Assembly (NCBI GenBank): GCA_035543335.1
Contig: DASZZH010000036.1
Span: forward strand, 10,528-74,527
Direction of reading: 5' to 3'
Length of the DNA: 64,000 bases
DNA from: Burkholderiales bacterium
GTDB taxonomy: Bacteria; Pseudomonadota; Gammaproteobacteria; Burkholderiales; JAHFRG01
Shown here: one piece after another, positions 35,836 through 46,126 of the stretch
How the letters are laid out: each line of letters opens with the position of its first letter
Position numbering within the stretch: the first letter of the stretch is position 1
Position numbers and translations under genes: made by a program
Notes under the pieces: model-generated
The model's database searches: none
What the model was told of the DNA's origin: nothing
Seen by the model: the letters and a program-made list of their open reading frames with translations, nothing else

Positions 35836-37068
35836 CTAGGCTTCAATCCTGACCTGCGCGTGCCTGTGGTAAAGATAGGCCATCGCCACGCTGATGAAGG
35901 TGCCGAACAAAATCATGACCGTAAACACCGAGAATCCCAGCCTGATCATCACCGCGTAAACGCCGAGCATGGCAAGAATGCTCAAGTTTTCGTTGAAATT
36001 CTGCACTGCAATCGAGTGACCGGCGCCCATCAGCAAATGCCCGCGGTGCTGCAGCAGGGCGTTCATCGGCACGATAAAGAAACCTGTAAACGCGCCGATG
36101 ACGAGCAGCATGACGATGGCAATATACAGGTTGCTGACAACAATCATCAGCATCAGGCTCAAGCCCATGGCGATGCCGACAGGAAGGATGCGCACCGATT
36201 TTTCCAGCCTTACATATTTTGCGGCGATGACCGAGCCGATAGCGATGCCGAGCGCCACCACAGCGGTGAGCTGCGTGGCTTTGTCCAGCCCGAATTTGAG
36301 CACTACCGCCGCCCAGGCGAGAATGATAAGCCGCAAGGTCGCGCCCACGCCCCAGAACAAGGTGGTGACCGCCAGCGATACCTGTCCGAGCGGGTCGCGC
36401 CACAACAGCTTAAAGCAGTGCCAGAAGTCGTGCAGGAGATACAGCGGATCTTTCCTCGGCAGCTTGTGGTCAAGCGCGACCCTGGGAATGTAAAGGTTGA
36501 TGATGGCGGCGGTAAAATAAAAGCCGAGAATTACCGCAATGGCGAATTCGGGCGGCGTGTTAATACCGGTCTCGATGCCCGGGATATCGAACATTTCAAG
36601 ATATTTATTGGCGAGTTCTGGTTTGACCAGAACACCACCGAAAATGGCGCCGAGAATAATGGCGGCGACGGTGAGACCCTCCATCCAGCCGTTCGCCAGC
36701 ACCAGTTTTTGCGCCGGCAGGTATTCGGTGAGAATGCCGTATTTTGCCGGTGAGTACATCGCCGCGCCGATGCCGACAACCCCGTAGGCGTAAAGCGGGT
36801 GCGTGCCGACCAGCATGAACAGACAGCCCGCGAACTTTACCGCATTGCTGACGAACATCACCTGGCCTTTGGGAAGCGCGTCGGCAAACGGGCCGACAAA
36901 CGGCGCCAGCACAATGTAGGAAAACACGAAGAACTGCTGCAGTACCGGGATTTGCCACTCCGGCGACTGGAGCCCCATCAGCAGGGCAATCGCGGCAAAC
37001 AACAATGCGTTATCGGCGAGCGCGGAAAAAAACTGCGCCGCCAGAATGGTGTAGAAACCGCGACTCAT
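35836..37068 (-). CDS. lplT: lysophospholipid transporter LplT (MFS)
   Basis: MSRGFYTILAAQFFSALADNALLFAAIALL...VLAPFVGPFADALPKGQVMF. 410 aa, 12-TM pattern. Confidence 0.85.
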   Translation of the reverse strand: MSRGFYTILAAQFFSALADNALLFAAIALLMGLQSPEWQIPVLQQFFVFSYIVLAPFVGPFADALPKGQVMFVSNAVKFAGCLFMLVGTHPLYAYGVVGIGAAMYSPAKYGILTEYLPAQKLVLANGWMEGLTVAAIILGAIFGGVLVKPELANKYLEMFDIPGIETGINTPPEFAIAVILGFYFTAAIINLYIPRVALDHKLPRKDPLYLLHDFWHCFKLLWRDPLGQVSLAVTTLFWGVGATLRLIILAWAAVVLKFGLDKATQLTAVVALGIAIGSVIAAKYVRLEKSVRILPVGIAMGLSLMLMIVVSNLYIAIVMLLVIGAFTGFFIVPMNALLQHRGHLLMGAGHSIAVQNFNENLSILAMLGVYAVMIRLGFSVFTVMILFGTFISVAMAYLYHRHAQVRIEA

Positions 37069-37252
37069 CCTTTGGGGGGATTGATAAATGTAATTGTTAT
37101 ATGAACAAACATTTTATCGTTTGGCTCTGGAAGCTTTATACCATGAAACTGCCCGCCATGCATTCAGATCCGTTCTGACACTACCCTCACCAGGCGTTTT
37201 GTGTTTGAATAACACGCTGCCCCCATTTGGTCGCCGTCGCCTAAAAACAGAC

Positions 37253-38326
37253 ATGACTCGCCCGATTCAGGCCCACATCAGCCTTTCCGCTTTGCAAAGC
37301 AACCTCGCCGTGGCAAGGCAACGCGCGCCGGATTCACGCATCATGGCGGTGATCAAGGCCAACGGCTACGGCCATGGCCTGCTGCGCGCGGCCGGGGGGC
37401 TGACGGGCGCCGAGGGTTTTGCGGTGATCGACCTTAACGATGCGGTGGTCTTGCGCGAGGCCGGCTTTCGCCAGCGCATACTTTTACTTAACGGTTTCTA
37501 CAGCGTCGATGAGCTGCCGGCGGTTGCTGAAAACGGCCTTGCAGTGGTGATCCATCATAAAGAGCAGTTGGAGATGCTGGAAGCCATCGCGCTGCCGGTC
37601 AGGCTCGAGGTGTTCCTGAAGCTCAATACCGGCATGAACCGTCTCGGGTTTAAGGTTGAAGCATTCGGCGGCATCCTTCAGCGGCTCAAGCAGAACCGGC
37701 AGGTGGGAAGTATTACACTGATGACGCATTTTGCTTGTGCCGACGACGAGCAGGGCATAGACGCGCAGCTTAAGCAATTCAACAAAATTGCGGCTGGCCA
37801 GAATTTGCCGAAAAGCCTCGCTAATTCCGCGGCGGTGTTGCGTTACCCCGAAGCTCACGCCGATTGGGTGCGTCCCGGCATCATGTTGTACGGTTCCTCG
37901 CCGTTTGCCGAAAAGAGCGCAAAGGAATTGGGCTTGCAGCCGGTGATGACGCTCACCAGCCGGATAATCGCCACGCAGGATTTGCAGCCGGGCGATCGTG
38001 TCGGTTACACGGGGCTTTTCACCGCGGAGAAGCCGATGAAAGTGGGCATCGTTGCGTGCGGTTATGCCGACGGTTATCCGCGCCACGCGCGCACCGGCAC
38101 GCCGGTGAACGTGAACGGCAAAATCACGCGCACGCTCGGGCGCATTTCCATGGACACGCTTGGCGTGGATTTGAGCGAAATCCCTGAAGCCGGTGTCGAC
38201 GCGCCGGTCACGCTGTGGGGTGAAGGATTGCCGGCAGATGACGTGGCCAAAGCGGCGGGAACAGTGAGTTACGAACTTTTCACCAAGCTCAATTCGCGCG
38301 TGCCGGTAATCGAAACCCATGGCTAG
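37253..38326 (+). CDS. alr: alanine racemase
   Basis: ORF trimmed to MTRPIQAHISLSALQSNL. The PLP-Lys motif AVIKANGYGHG is present. Its stop TAG is contiguous with the left terminus of the next MITE. Confidence 0.93.
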   Translation: MTRPIQAHISLSALQSNLAVARQRAPDSRIMAVIKANGYGHGLLRAAGGLTGAEGFAVIDLNDAVVLREAGFRQRILLLNGFYSVDELPAVAENGLAVVIHHKEQLEMLEAIALPVRLEVFLKLNTGMNRLGFKVEAFGGILQRLKQNRQVGSITLMTHFACADDEQGIDAQLKQFNKIAAGQNLPKSLANSAAVLRYPEAHADWVRPGIMLYGSSPFAEKSAKELGLQPVMTLTSRIIATQDLQPGDRVGYTGLFTAEKPMKVGIVACGYADGYPRHARTGTPVNVNGKITRTLGRISMDTLGVDLSEIPEAGVDAPVTLWGEGLPADDVAKAAGTVSYELFTKLNSRVPVIETHG

Positions 38327-38841
38327 ACCCCATCTCAATAATACCCGCGTGATGCGTTGCGGTCTAAAATGCGATGGATGCAAGGCGCGAGGAGGCCGCA
38401 TAGTTACTCATATGCAACGACGAGCAACGCCGCAGGCGCGCATTTTAACCGCAACCCTGCGGGACGTGGGCCGTCGCGACTCGGTGGCGAAGCGGGGTGC
38501 GGGAGCGACGAGCTGTGTGCCCAGGAAGCGCCGTCCATCGACAGCCTTTGCGCCCCTGCCCGCTCCACGCTGCGCGAGTCCGAGTCCGGGGGCTGCCGCG
38601 ACACGGCGAGCGAAGCTTGGGGTGCGGGAGTGGCAGCATGAGCGCCCCGTTTTACGCTGTCTCTTGCGGCAGCTTGCGCCCCTGCCCGCTCCATGCTGCG
38701 CGAGTCCGAGTTCGGGGCGCACTTTGGGCCATTTCGGCGTTGCTCGCCGCTTATTTGGAGTGACCAAACTGCGCGGCTCGCGCCTAGAACTGACTCAAAA
38801 TCGCCTCCGTCGCACACGTGAGTATTGTTGAGATGGGGTCT
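38325..38841. mobile_element. MITE-like palindromic element, copy C (517 bp, composite, with an internal ~128-bp tandem duplication)
   Basis: Termini AGACCCCATCTCAATAATACCCGCGTG (38325-38351) and CACGTGAGTATTGTTGAGATGGGGTCT (38815-38841), 24/27 complementary. The interior shares modules with copies A and B. The direct repeats 38542-38590 and 38670-38717 are nearly identical. Confidence 0.75.
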
Positions 38842-40185
38842 AAACCCAAATCCGTCTATATCTGCACCGAGTGCGGCGGGCAAGCACCGAAATGGCAGGG
38901 GCAGTGCCCGCATTGCTCGGCATGGAATACCCTGATCGAAACGGTGGTTGAAGCTGTTTCTAAAAACCGCTTCAGTACCACCGCAGCGAGCAAGCTGCAA
39001 TCCTTGGGTGAGGTTGAAGCGCAGGAACTCCCGTACCAGCCCACCGGAATATCCGAGTTTGACCGCGTGCTGGGCGGCGGGCTGGTACAGGGCGCAGTGG
39101 TGTTGTTGGGCGGCGACCCGGGTATCGGCAAATCCACGCTGCTGCTGCAGGCGCTGTGCCACATGGGCGCGCAGCAGAGCGTGCTTTACGTGAGCGGCGA
39201 GGAATCGGCGCAGCAAATCGCGATGCGCGCGCGGCGGCTTGTGCTCGATTCCAAGCCGGTGCAATTGCTCTCCGAAATTCAGTTGGAAAAAATTCTTTCC
39301 ATCTTAAGCTCGCAAAAACCGGAAGTCGCGGTCATCGACTCGATTCAAACCTTATATTCCGAAGCATTGCTATCGGCACCCGGCTCGGTGGCGCAGGTGC
39401 GCGAATGCGCGGCGCAGCTTACGCGTTACGCCAAGCAAAGCGGCACCACGATTATTTTCGTCGGCCATGTCACCAAGGAAGGCACACTCGCTGGCCCGCG
39501 CGTGCTCGAGCATATCGTGGACACCGTGTTGTATTTCGAGGGCGATACGCATTCCAGCTTCCGTTTGATTCGCGCGGTGAAAAACCGCTACGGCGCGGTG
39601 AACGAGTTGGGCGTGTTCGCCATGACTGAAAAAGGTTTGAAAGGAGTGAACAACCCTTCCGCGCTGTTCCTTTCGCATCACGGGAGCCAGGTGGCGGGCT
39701 CTTGCGTCATGGTGACGCAGGAAGGCACGCGCCCGCTGTTGGTGGAAATCCAGGCGCTGGTGGATGATGCCCATGCGCCCAATCCGCGGCGGCTCAGCGT
39801 GGGGCTGGAGCAGAATCGGCTGGCGATGCTGCTCGCAGTGCTGCACCGTCATGCGGGAATCATGTGTTTCGACCAAGATGTGTTCGTCAACGCGGTGGGC
39901 GGAGTCAAAATCGCCGAGCCCGGCGCGGATCTGGCGGTGCTGCTGGCGATTGTTTCCTCACTCAAGAACAAGCCGCTATCGCAAAAGCTGGTGGTATTCG
40001 GCGAAGTCGGACTCGCCGGTGAAATAAGGCCGGTGCAGCGCGGGCAGGAGCGCCTCAAGGAAGCCGCCAAGCTCGGCTTCACCCAGGCGATGATTCCCAA
40101 AGCCAACAAGCCCAAGCAGACAATGAACGGAATGGAAGTCATCGCAGTGGAGCGCGTGGAAGAAGCCGTGGCCAGAATCCGCTAG
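38833..40185 (+). CDS. radA: DNA repair protein RadA/Sms
   Basis: MGSKPKSVYICTECGGQAPKWQGQCPHCSAWNT zinc finger, Walker A GGDPGIGKSTL, KNRYG motif, Lon-like C-domain. The ATG chosen at 38833 lies inside the MITE right terminus. Confidence 0.95.
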   Translation: MGSKPKSVYICTECGGQAPKWQGQCPHCSAWNTLIETVVEAVSKNRFSTTAASKLQSLGEVEAQELPYQPTGISEFDRVLGGGLVQGAVVLLGGDPGIGKSTLLLQALCHMGAQQSVLYVSGEESAQQIAMRARRLVLDSKPVQLLSEIQLEKILSILSSQKPEVAVIDSIQTLYSEALLSAPGSVAQVRECAAQLTRYAKQSGTTIIFVGHVTKEGTLAGPRVLEHIVDTVLYFEGDTHSSFRLIRAVKNRYGAVNELGVFAMTEKGLKGVNNPSALFLSHHGSQVAGSCVMVTQEGTRPLLVEIQALVDDAHAPNPRRLSVGLEQNRLAMLLAVLHRHAGIMCFDQDVFVNAVGGVKIAEPGADLAVLLAIVSSLKNKPLSQKLVVFGEVGLAGEIRPVQRGQERLKEAAKLGFTQAMIPKANKPKQTMNGMEVIAVERVEEAVARIR

Positions 40186-40269
40186 CAGCGGGTTGCCATG
40201 GCCGGGGCGAGCGGGTAAATTCATTTCTTGACAGCAGACGGATTGCTTGTGCAGCGAGAAGAGGATGCC

Positions 40270-41910
40270 ATGGCTAAACCCAATCCCTACAGTACCGACC
40301 TGGGCAAAAATCCCGCAAACTATGCGCCGCTTTCGCCGTTGAGTTTCATCGACTGGGCGGCTTACGTTTACCCGAAGCATGTGGCGGTTATTCACGGCGA
40401 CCGGAAAATCACCTGGGGTGAAATGTATACCCGCTGCCGGCGCCTTGCTTCCGCTTTGCAAAAACGCGGCATTGGCGTGGGAGACACGGTGGCGGCGATG
40501 CTGCCGAACATTCCTGCGATGTGCGAAGTTCATTTCGGCGTGCCGATGGCCGGCGCGGTGCTGAACACCTTGAATACCCGGCTGGATGCGGAAGCGATTG
40601 CTTTCATGCTCAAGCACGGCGAAGCAAGGGTATTGATCACCGACCGCGAATTTTCCGGGACGATTGCCGGGGCGCTCACCCTGCTGGACCGGAAGCCGCT
40701 GGTAATAGACGTGGACGATCCGGAATTCAAAGGCGGCAATTTGCTCGGTGAGATCGAATTCGAAGCGTTTCTCAAGACCGGCGATCCAGATTTCAAATGG
40801 CCGCTGCCTACCGACGAATGGGAGGCGATTTCGCTCAATTACACCTCCGGCACGACCGGCAATCCCAAGGGCGTGGTCTACCATCATCGCGGCGCGTATC
40901 TCAATGCGGTGAGCAACATCATCGACTGGGGCATGCCGCGCCATTCGGTTTATCTGTGGACGCTGCCGATGTTCCACTGCAACGGCTGGTGTTTTCCCTG
41001 GACCATGGCGGCGAACGTGGGCACCAATGTCTGCCTGCGGCGGGTGGATGCCAGGCTGATATTCGATGCCATCAAGAAACACAAGGTGACGCATTACTGC
41101 GGTGCGCCCATTGTGCACAGCATGCTGATTAGCGCGCCCGCGGAAATGAAAGCGGGCATCACGCACCAGATTAGCGGCCTGGTGGCTGCCGCTGCGCCGC
41201 CCGCGGCGATGATAGAAGGCATGGAGCGCCTGGGCTTCAACATCACCCACGTTTATGGCCTCACCGAAACCTATGGACCGGCTTCAGTGTGCGCCAAGCA
41301 TCCGGAATGGGACAAGCTCGATATCGGCGCGCGCACCGAAAGAAACGGCCGGCAAGGCGTGCGCTATACCATGCAGGAAGGCATGACGGTGATGGATCCG
41401 GAAACCATGCGGCCGGTGCCGTGGAATGGGGAGACGATGGGCGAAATCATGTTCCGCGGCAACATCACCATGAAAGGTTATCTGAGAAATCCGAAGGCCA
41501 ACGAGGCTGCGTTTGCCGGCGGCTGGTTTCATTCCGGCGACCTGGCGGTGATGCAGCCCGACGGCTATGTGAAAATCAAGGACCGCTCGAAAGACATTAT
41601 CATCTCCGGCGGCGAAAACATTTCCTCGCTGGAAGTCGAGGACGTGCTGTACCGCCATCCGGCGGTGATAGCGGCGGCGGTGGTGGCGCAGCCCGACCCG
41701 AAATGGGGCGAGACGCCGTGCGCGTTCGTGGAATTGAAGGAGGGCGCCAAAGCCACCGAGAAGGAAATCATCGAGCATTGCCGGGAAAGCTTGGCGCGCT
41801 TCAAGGTGCCGAGAAAGGTGATATTCGGCGTGCTGCCCAAGACCTCGACCGGCAAGATACAGAAGTTCGTTTTACGCGAGCGCGCCAAGTCCGCATCGGC
41901 AATAGAATAA
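40270..41910 (+). CDS. AMP-forming acyl-CoA synthetase (short/medium-chain type)
   Basis: AMP-binding signature LNYTSGTTGNPKGV, then GYGLTET-like YGLTETYG and GWFHSGD. ORF trimmed to MAKPNPYS. Confidence 0.9.
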   Translation: MAKPNPYSTDLGKNPANYAPLSPLSFIDWAAYVYPKHVAVIHGDRKITWGEMYTRCRRLASALQKRGIGVGDTVAAMLPNIPAMCEVHFGVPMAGAVLNTLNTRLDAEAIAFMLKHGEARVLITDREFSGTIAGALTLLDRKPLVIDVDDPEFKGGNLLGEIEFEAFLKTGDPDFKWPLPTDEWEAISLNYTSGTTGNPKGVVYHHRGAYLNAVSNIIDWGMPRHSVYLWTLPMFHCNGWCFPWTMAANVGTNVCLRRVDARLIFDAIKKHKVTHYCGAPIVHSMLISAPAEMKAGITHQISGLVAAAAPPAAMIEGMERLGFNITHVYGLTETYGPASVCAKHPEWDKLDIGARTERNGRQGVRYTMQEGMTVMDPETMRPVPWNGETMGEIMFRGNITMKGYLRNPKANEAAFAGGWFHSGDLAVMQPDGYVKIKDRSKDIIISGGENISSLEVEDVLYRHPAVIAAAVVAQPDPKWGETPCAFVELKEGAKATEKEIIEHCRESLARFKVPRKVIFGVLPKTSTGKIQKFVLRERAKSASAIE

Positions 41911-42045
41911 GTCTATCTTTGCACTGTTGGCGCTTGCGTCTACTACACTGGCTTTAGCCGGTATACTTCTCTATCGCCCCGATGAGGCCGGGCGCCCGCT
42001 GATTTACCCTGGTTTGCCCCGGGGTTTTGAAAGGATTAACTCATC

Positions 42046-44517
42046 ATGACAAGCTTGTTCTGGATACTCGCAACCGTGGCGGCGGCCTGGGCGCTGGCTT
42101 ACCATCGCGCTGCCGGCTGGGCGTGGAGCGCAGGTGCTCTGGTTCTCGCCGTGGCGACCCTCGGCGCGGCGCCCGGGTTGAGTGTGCTGCTATGGATTGC
42201 GTTTGCAATTTCCATCGCGCTTAACATTCCTTCGATACGCATGGAATACATCAGCGCGCCGCTCCTGCAATGGTTCAAAAAGGTTCTGCCCCAGGTTTCG
42301 CAGACCGAGCAGGAAGCGCTCGATGCCGGCACGGTGTGGTGGGACGGCGATTTGTTCAGCGGCAACCCGGACTGGAAAAAATTGCTGGCCGTACCCAGGC
42401 CGCAGTTGACTCCTGAAGAGCAGGCGTTTCTTGACGGGCCGGTGGAGCAGCTGTGCGCCATGCTCGACGAGTGGCGCATCTCCCATGAACTCTACGACAT
42501 GCCGCAGGAAGTCTGGCAGTTCATCAAGGACCAGGGTTTCCTCGGCATGATCATCCCCGAGCAATACGACGGCAAGGGTTTTTCCGCGCTGGCGCATTCG
42601 GCGGTGATTACCAAACTCGCTTCCCGCAGCAGCACCGCCACCGTTTCGGTGATGGTGCCCAACTCCCTGGGGCCGGCGGAATTGCTGCTGCATTACGGGA
42701 CTGAGGCGCAAAAAAATTACTATCTCCCGCGTCTCGCCAAAGGCCTCGAAATTCCGTGCTTCGCGTTGACCGGGCCGGAAGCGGGCTCGGATGCCGGCTC
42801 GATCCCCGATTACGGCATCGTCTGCCGCGGAGAATTCCAGGGCCAGGAAGTTCTAGGCATGCGCGTGACCTGGGAAAAGCGTTATATCACGCTGGGGCCG
42901 GTGGCGACGCTGTTGGGTCTGGCGTTCAAGCTCTACGACCCCGATCATCTGCTGGGGCAAGAGGCAAACATCGGCATCACGCTGGCGTTGATACCCACCA
43001 GCACCCCGGGCGTCAACATCGGGCGCCGCCATTTCCCGCTCAACGCCATGTTCCAGAACGGGCCCAACTCCGGCAATGACGTTTTCATTCCGATGGATTA
43101 CATCATCGGCGGGCAGGAGCGCGTCGGCCACGGCTGGCGCATGCTGATGAACTGCCTCGCCGCCGGGCGCTCGATTTCACTCCCCGCCAGCAGCACCGGC
43201 ATGGCCAAGCTGGCTGCCCGCGCCACCGGTGCGTATTCCCGGGTGCGCGTGCAATTCAAAACGCCCATCGGCAAATTCGAAGGCATTGAAGAAGCGCTGG
43301 CGCGCATCGGCGGCAATACTTATTTGATGGACGCGGCGCGCGTGATGACAGCGGGCGCGGTGGATTTGGGAGAGAAGCCATCTGTCATTTCCGCCATAGT
43401 CAAATACCATATCACCGAGCGCGGCCGGCAGGTGATTAACGATGCGATGGATGTGCACGGCGGCAAAGGCATATGCATGGGGCCCAACAACTATCTGGGC
43501 CGCGCTTATCAGCAGATTCCCGTCGGCATCACGGTGGAAGGCGCGAACATTCTCACGCGCTCGATGATTATTTTCGGGCAGGGCGCGATCCGCGGCCATC
43601 CTTATGTGCTTAAGGAAATCGCCGCGACCAATGAGCCTGATGCCGATAAAGCGCTGATCGATTTCGACAGCGTGTTGTTCGGACACATCGGCTTTACCAT
43701 GAGCAATGCGGCGCGCGCGTCGTTCCATGGCCTGACCGGAGCGCGTTTCGCCGCCGCTCCGGGCGCCCCGGAAATCGCGCGCTATTACCAGCATTTGACC
43801 CGCTTGAGCGCGGCTTTCGCACTGCTGGCGGACGTGGCGATGCTGGTAATGGGCGGTTCGTTAAAACGCAAGGAAAAACTTTCGGCGCGGCTCGGCGATG
43901 TATTGAGTCAGCTTTATCTCTGTTCCAGCGTATTGAAGCGTTATGAAGACGAAGGCAAGCAAACGGCGGACTTGCCGCTGGTGCACTGGTCTTTGCAGGA
44001 CGCGCTGTGGCGCACGCAACTGGCGCTGGAGGGCATACTCCAGAACTTTCCGCGGATGACATGGATATTGTGGCGGCTGGTGTTTCCGCTGGGCAGAAGT
44101 TTTATCCCGCCGAGCGATGATTTGGGGCACGCAGTGGCCAGCCTCCTGCTCGCGCCTTCCAAAGTCCGGGACCGGCTGACTGCCGGTATTTATGTGCCGG
44201 CCGATGAAACGGATCCGGTCGGCCGTCTGGATATTGCCCTCCAGGCTGCGATTGCGGCGGAAGCGGTTGAAGCGAAGATCCGCGCCGGAGCAAAAGCCGG
44301 GCGCATCAAAGGCAAAACACCGGAAGAGCTCGCCGCACAAGCGGCGCAGCAGGGCATCATCAGCGCGGAAGAGGCGGACCTGCTCGCCAGGGCCAAACAA
44401 CTCCGCCGCGCGGTGATCATGGTGGACGATTTTCCCCAGGACTTCGGCAAAAGCGAATGGGCGGGAAGCAGCTTGGCGCAACAGGAAATACCCTCTACGT
44501 CAAGGAGAACCGCGTGA
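42046..44517 (+). CDS. fadE: large FadE-type acyl-CoA dehydrogenase (823 aa, N-terminal membrane anchor)
   Basis: Two N-terminal TM helices, an ACAD core (LTGPEAGSDAGS), and the DUF1974-like C-terminal extension typical of E. coli FadE. Confidence 0.9.
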   Translation: MTSLFWILATVAAAWALAYHRAAGWAWSAGALVLAVATLGAAPGLSVLLWIAFAISIALNIPSIRMEYISAPLLQWFKKVLPQVSQTEQEALDAGTVWWDGDLFSGNPDWKKLLAVPRPQLTPEEQAFLDGPVEQLCAMLDEWRISHELYDMPQEVWQFIKDQGFLGMIIPEQYDGKGFSALAHSAVITKLASRSSTATVSVMVPNSLGPAELLLHYGTEAQKNYYLPRLAKGLEIPCFALTGPEAGSDAGSIPDYGIVCRGEFQGQEVLGMRVTWEKRYITLGPVATLLGLAFKLYDPDHLLGQEANIGITLALIPTSTPGVNIGRRHFPLNAMFQNGPNSGNDVFIPMDYIIGGQERVGHGWRMLMNCLAAGRSISLPASSTGMAKLAARATGAYSRVRVQFKTPIGKFEGIEEALARIGGNTYLMDAARVMTAGAVDLGEKPSVISAIVKYHITERGRQVINDAMDVHGGKGICMGPNNYLGRAYQQIPVGITVEGANILTRSMIIFGQGAIRGHPYVLKEIAATNEPDADKALIDFDSVLFGHIGFTMSNAARASFHGLTGARFAAAPGAPEIARYYQHLTRLSAAFALLADVAMLVMGGSLKRKEKLSARLGDVLSQLYLCSSVLKRYEDEGKQTADLPLVHWSLQDALWRTQLALEGILQNFPRMTWILWRLVFPLGRSFIPPSDDLGHAVASLLLAPSKVRDRLTAGIYVPADETDPVGRLDIALQAAIAAEAVEAKIRAGAKAGRIKGKTPEELAAQAAQQGIISAEEADLLARAKQLRRAVIMVDDFPQDFGKSEWAGSSLAQQEIPSTSRRTA

Positions 44518-45299
44518 CGCAAAGCATCCTGCTCTCGGTCGCCGGCCCTGTTGCGACCATCACTTTCAACCGCCCCAGGGTGATGAACGCGCTCGACTGG
44601 GACATGATCATGCGTTTTCGCGAGGTGTGCGAGGAAGTGCGGCGCACGGAGGCGGTGCGCGCGGTGCTCATGCGCGGCGAGGGGCCGGCGTTCCTCGCCG
44701 GCGGCGATGTCGCCATGTTTCGCGCCAACCTCAAGCAATTGCCGGAACTGATTGTGAAAGGCGCGCGCGAGCTGCACAACGCGATGCTGGCGCTGCGGCG
44801 CATGAACAAGCCGGTGGTGGCCAGCGTGCACGGCGCGGTGGCGGGCGGCGGCATAAGTGTCATGCTTTCCGCGGATCTGGTGATCGCGGCGGATGACACC
44901 CAATTCACCCTGGCCTACAGCCGCATCGCCGCCAGCCCCGACGGCGGCAGCACTTATTTCCTGCCGCGCATGGTGGGCTATCACAAGGCGATGGAACTGG
45001 CGCTGCTCTCCGATACGATAGACGCTGAAACCGCGAAAAGTCTCGGCATCGTGAATTTCGTAGTGCCGGCCGCCGAGTTGCAAGCCCAAACGGCCAGACT
45101 CATGCAACGCCTGACCCAGGGCGCAACCTATGCTTATGGCGAAACCAAGGCGCTGATGAACCAATCGATTAACTCGAGCATGGAAGAGCAATTGGAAGCG
45201 GAAGTACAGGCGTTCTCCCGCTGCGCCCGCACCGCCGATCTGGCCGAGGGCGTCACGGCGTTTGTTGAAAAGCGCAAGCCGGCGTTCACTGGCAAATAG
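44514..45299 (+). CDS. enoyl-CoA hydratase/isomerase family protein
   Basis: GTG overlapping the fadE stop, after AAGGAGA. ITFNRPRVMNAL...GEGPAFLAGGDV...VHGAVAGGG crotonase fold. Confidence 0.88.
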   Translation: MTQSILLSVAGPVATITFNRPRVMNALDWDMIMRFREVCEEVRRTEAVRAVLMRGEGPAFLAGGDVAMFRANLKQLPELIVKGARELHNAMLALRRMNKPVVASVHGAVAGGGISVMLSADLVIAADDTQFTLAYSRIAASPDGGSTYFLPRMVGYHKAMELALLSDTIDAETAKSLGIVNFVVPAAELQAQTARLMQRLTQGATYAYGETKALMNQSINSSMEEQLEAEVQAFSRCARTADLAEGVTAFVEKRKPAFTGK

Positions 45300-45307
45300 G
45301 CAGTCTC

Positions 45308-46126
45308 ATGTCGCTCAAAGGCAAAACCCTGTTCATCACCGGCGCCTCGCGCGGCATCGGCCGTGAAATCGCGCTGCGCTGCGCGCGCGACGGGGCGAAC
45401 ATCGTGATTACCGCCAAGACTGCCGCGCCGCATCCGAAGCTTTCCGGCACCATTTACAGCGTCGCCGAGGAAGTGAAGGCGGCGGGGGGCCAAGCGCTGC
45501 CGATACAGCTCGACGTGCGCGAGGAAGCGCAAGTCATGGCGGCGGCGGCGAAAGCGGCTGAAACCTTCGGCAGCATCGACATCTTGGTCAACAATGCCAG
45601 CGCCATCAGTCTCACCGATACGCTGCACACGCCAATGAAGCGCTTTGATTTGATGATGTCGGTCAACGTGCGCGGCACGTTCTTAAGCTCGCAGGCGTGC
45701 ATTCCCCATCTCAGGCGCGCCGCCAATCCGCATATTCTTAATCTCGCCCCGCCGCTGGATATGCGCGCCAAGTGGTTCAAGGACCATATCGCTTACACCA
45801 TGTCGAAGTACGGCATGAGCCTGTGCACGCTGGGAATGTCGGCGGAACTGGCGCAGGACGGTATCGCGGTGAATTCGCTTTGGCCGCGCACGGCGGTTGC
45901 CACTGCGGCGGTTGAAGTGCATTTCCCTGAAGAAGTTTTCAAGGCGAGCCGCAAGCCGGCAATCGTGGCGGACGCAGCTTACGTGATTTTCAACCGCGAC
46001 AGCCGCTCGACTACCGGCAATTTTTTCATTGACGAAGAGGTTTTGCGGAATGCCGGGGTGAACGATTTTTCCCGCTACGCGGTGACGCCGGGTGCGAAAT
46101 TGGCGAGTGATTTTTTTGTGGAATGA
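45308..46126 (+). CDS. SDR-family oxidoreductase (HSDL2-like)
   Basis: TGASRGIG, NNAS and YTMSK (YxxxK) motifs. Confidence 0.85.
   Translation: MSLKGKTLFITGASRGIGREIALRCARDGANIVITAKTAAPHPKLSGTIYSVAEEVKAAGGQALPIQLDVREEAQVMAAAAKAAETFGSIDILVNNASAISLTDTLHTPMKRFDLMMSVNVRGTFLSSQACIPHLRRAANPHILNLAPPLDMRAKWFKDHIAYTMSKYGMSLCTLGMSAELAQDGIAVNSLWPRTAVATAAVEVHFPEEVFKASRKPAIVADAAYVIFNRDSRSTTGNFFIDEEVLRNAGVNDFSRYAVTPGAKLASDFFVE

Noticed and set aside
37094-37252. 53-codon extension at the 5' end of the alr ORF
   Set aside because: It has no similarity to alanine racemases. The conserved N-terminus (MTRPIQAHISLSAL) starts at ATG 37253.
38319-39264. ORFs running through the MITE copies (38319..38831 +, 38404..39264 -, 38408..38767 -, 27235..27588 -, 27316..27585 +, 48075..48383 +, and the 5' part of 48191..48802)
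   Set aside because: They lie within palindromic repeat DNA that is open in several frames on both strands. The translations are Arg/Ala/Pro-rich with no domain, and the same pseudo-peptides recur because the DNA repeats.
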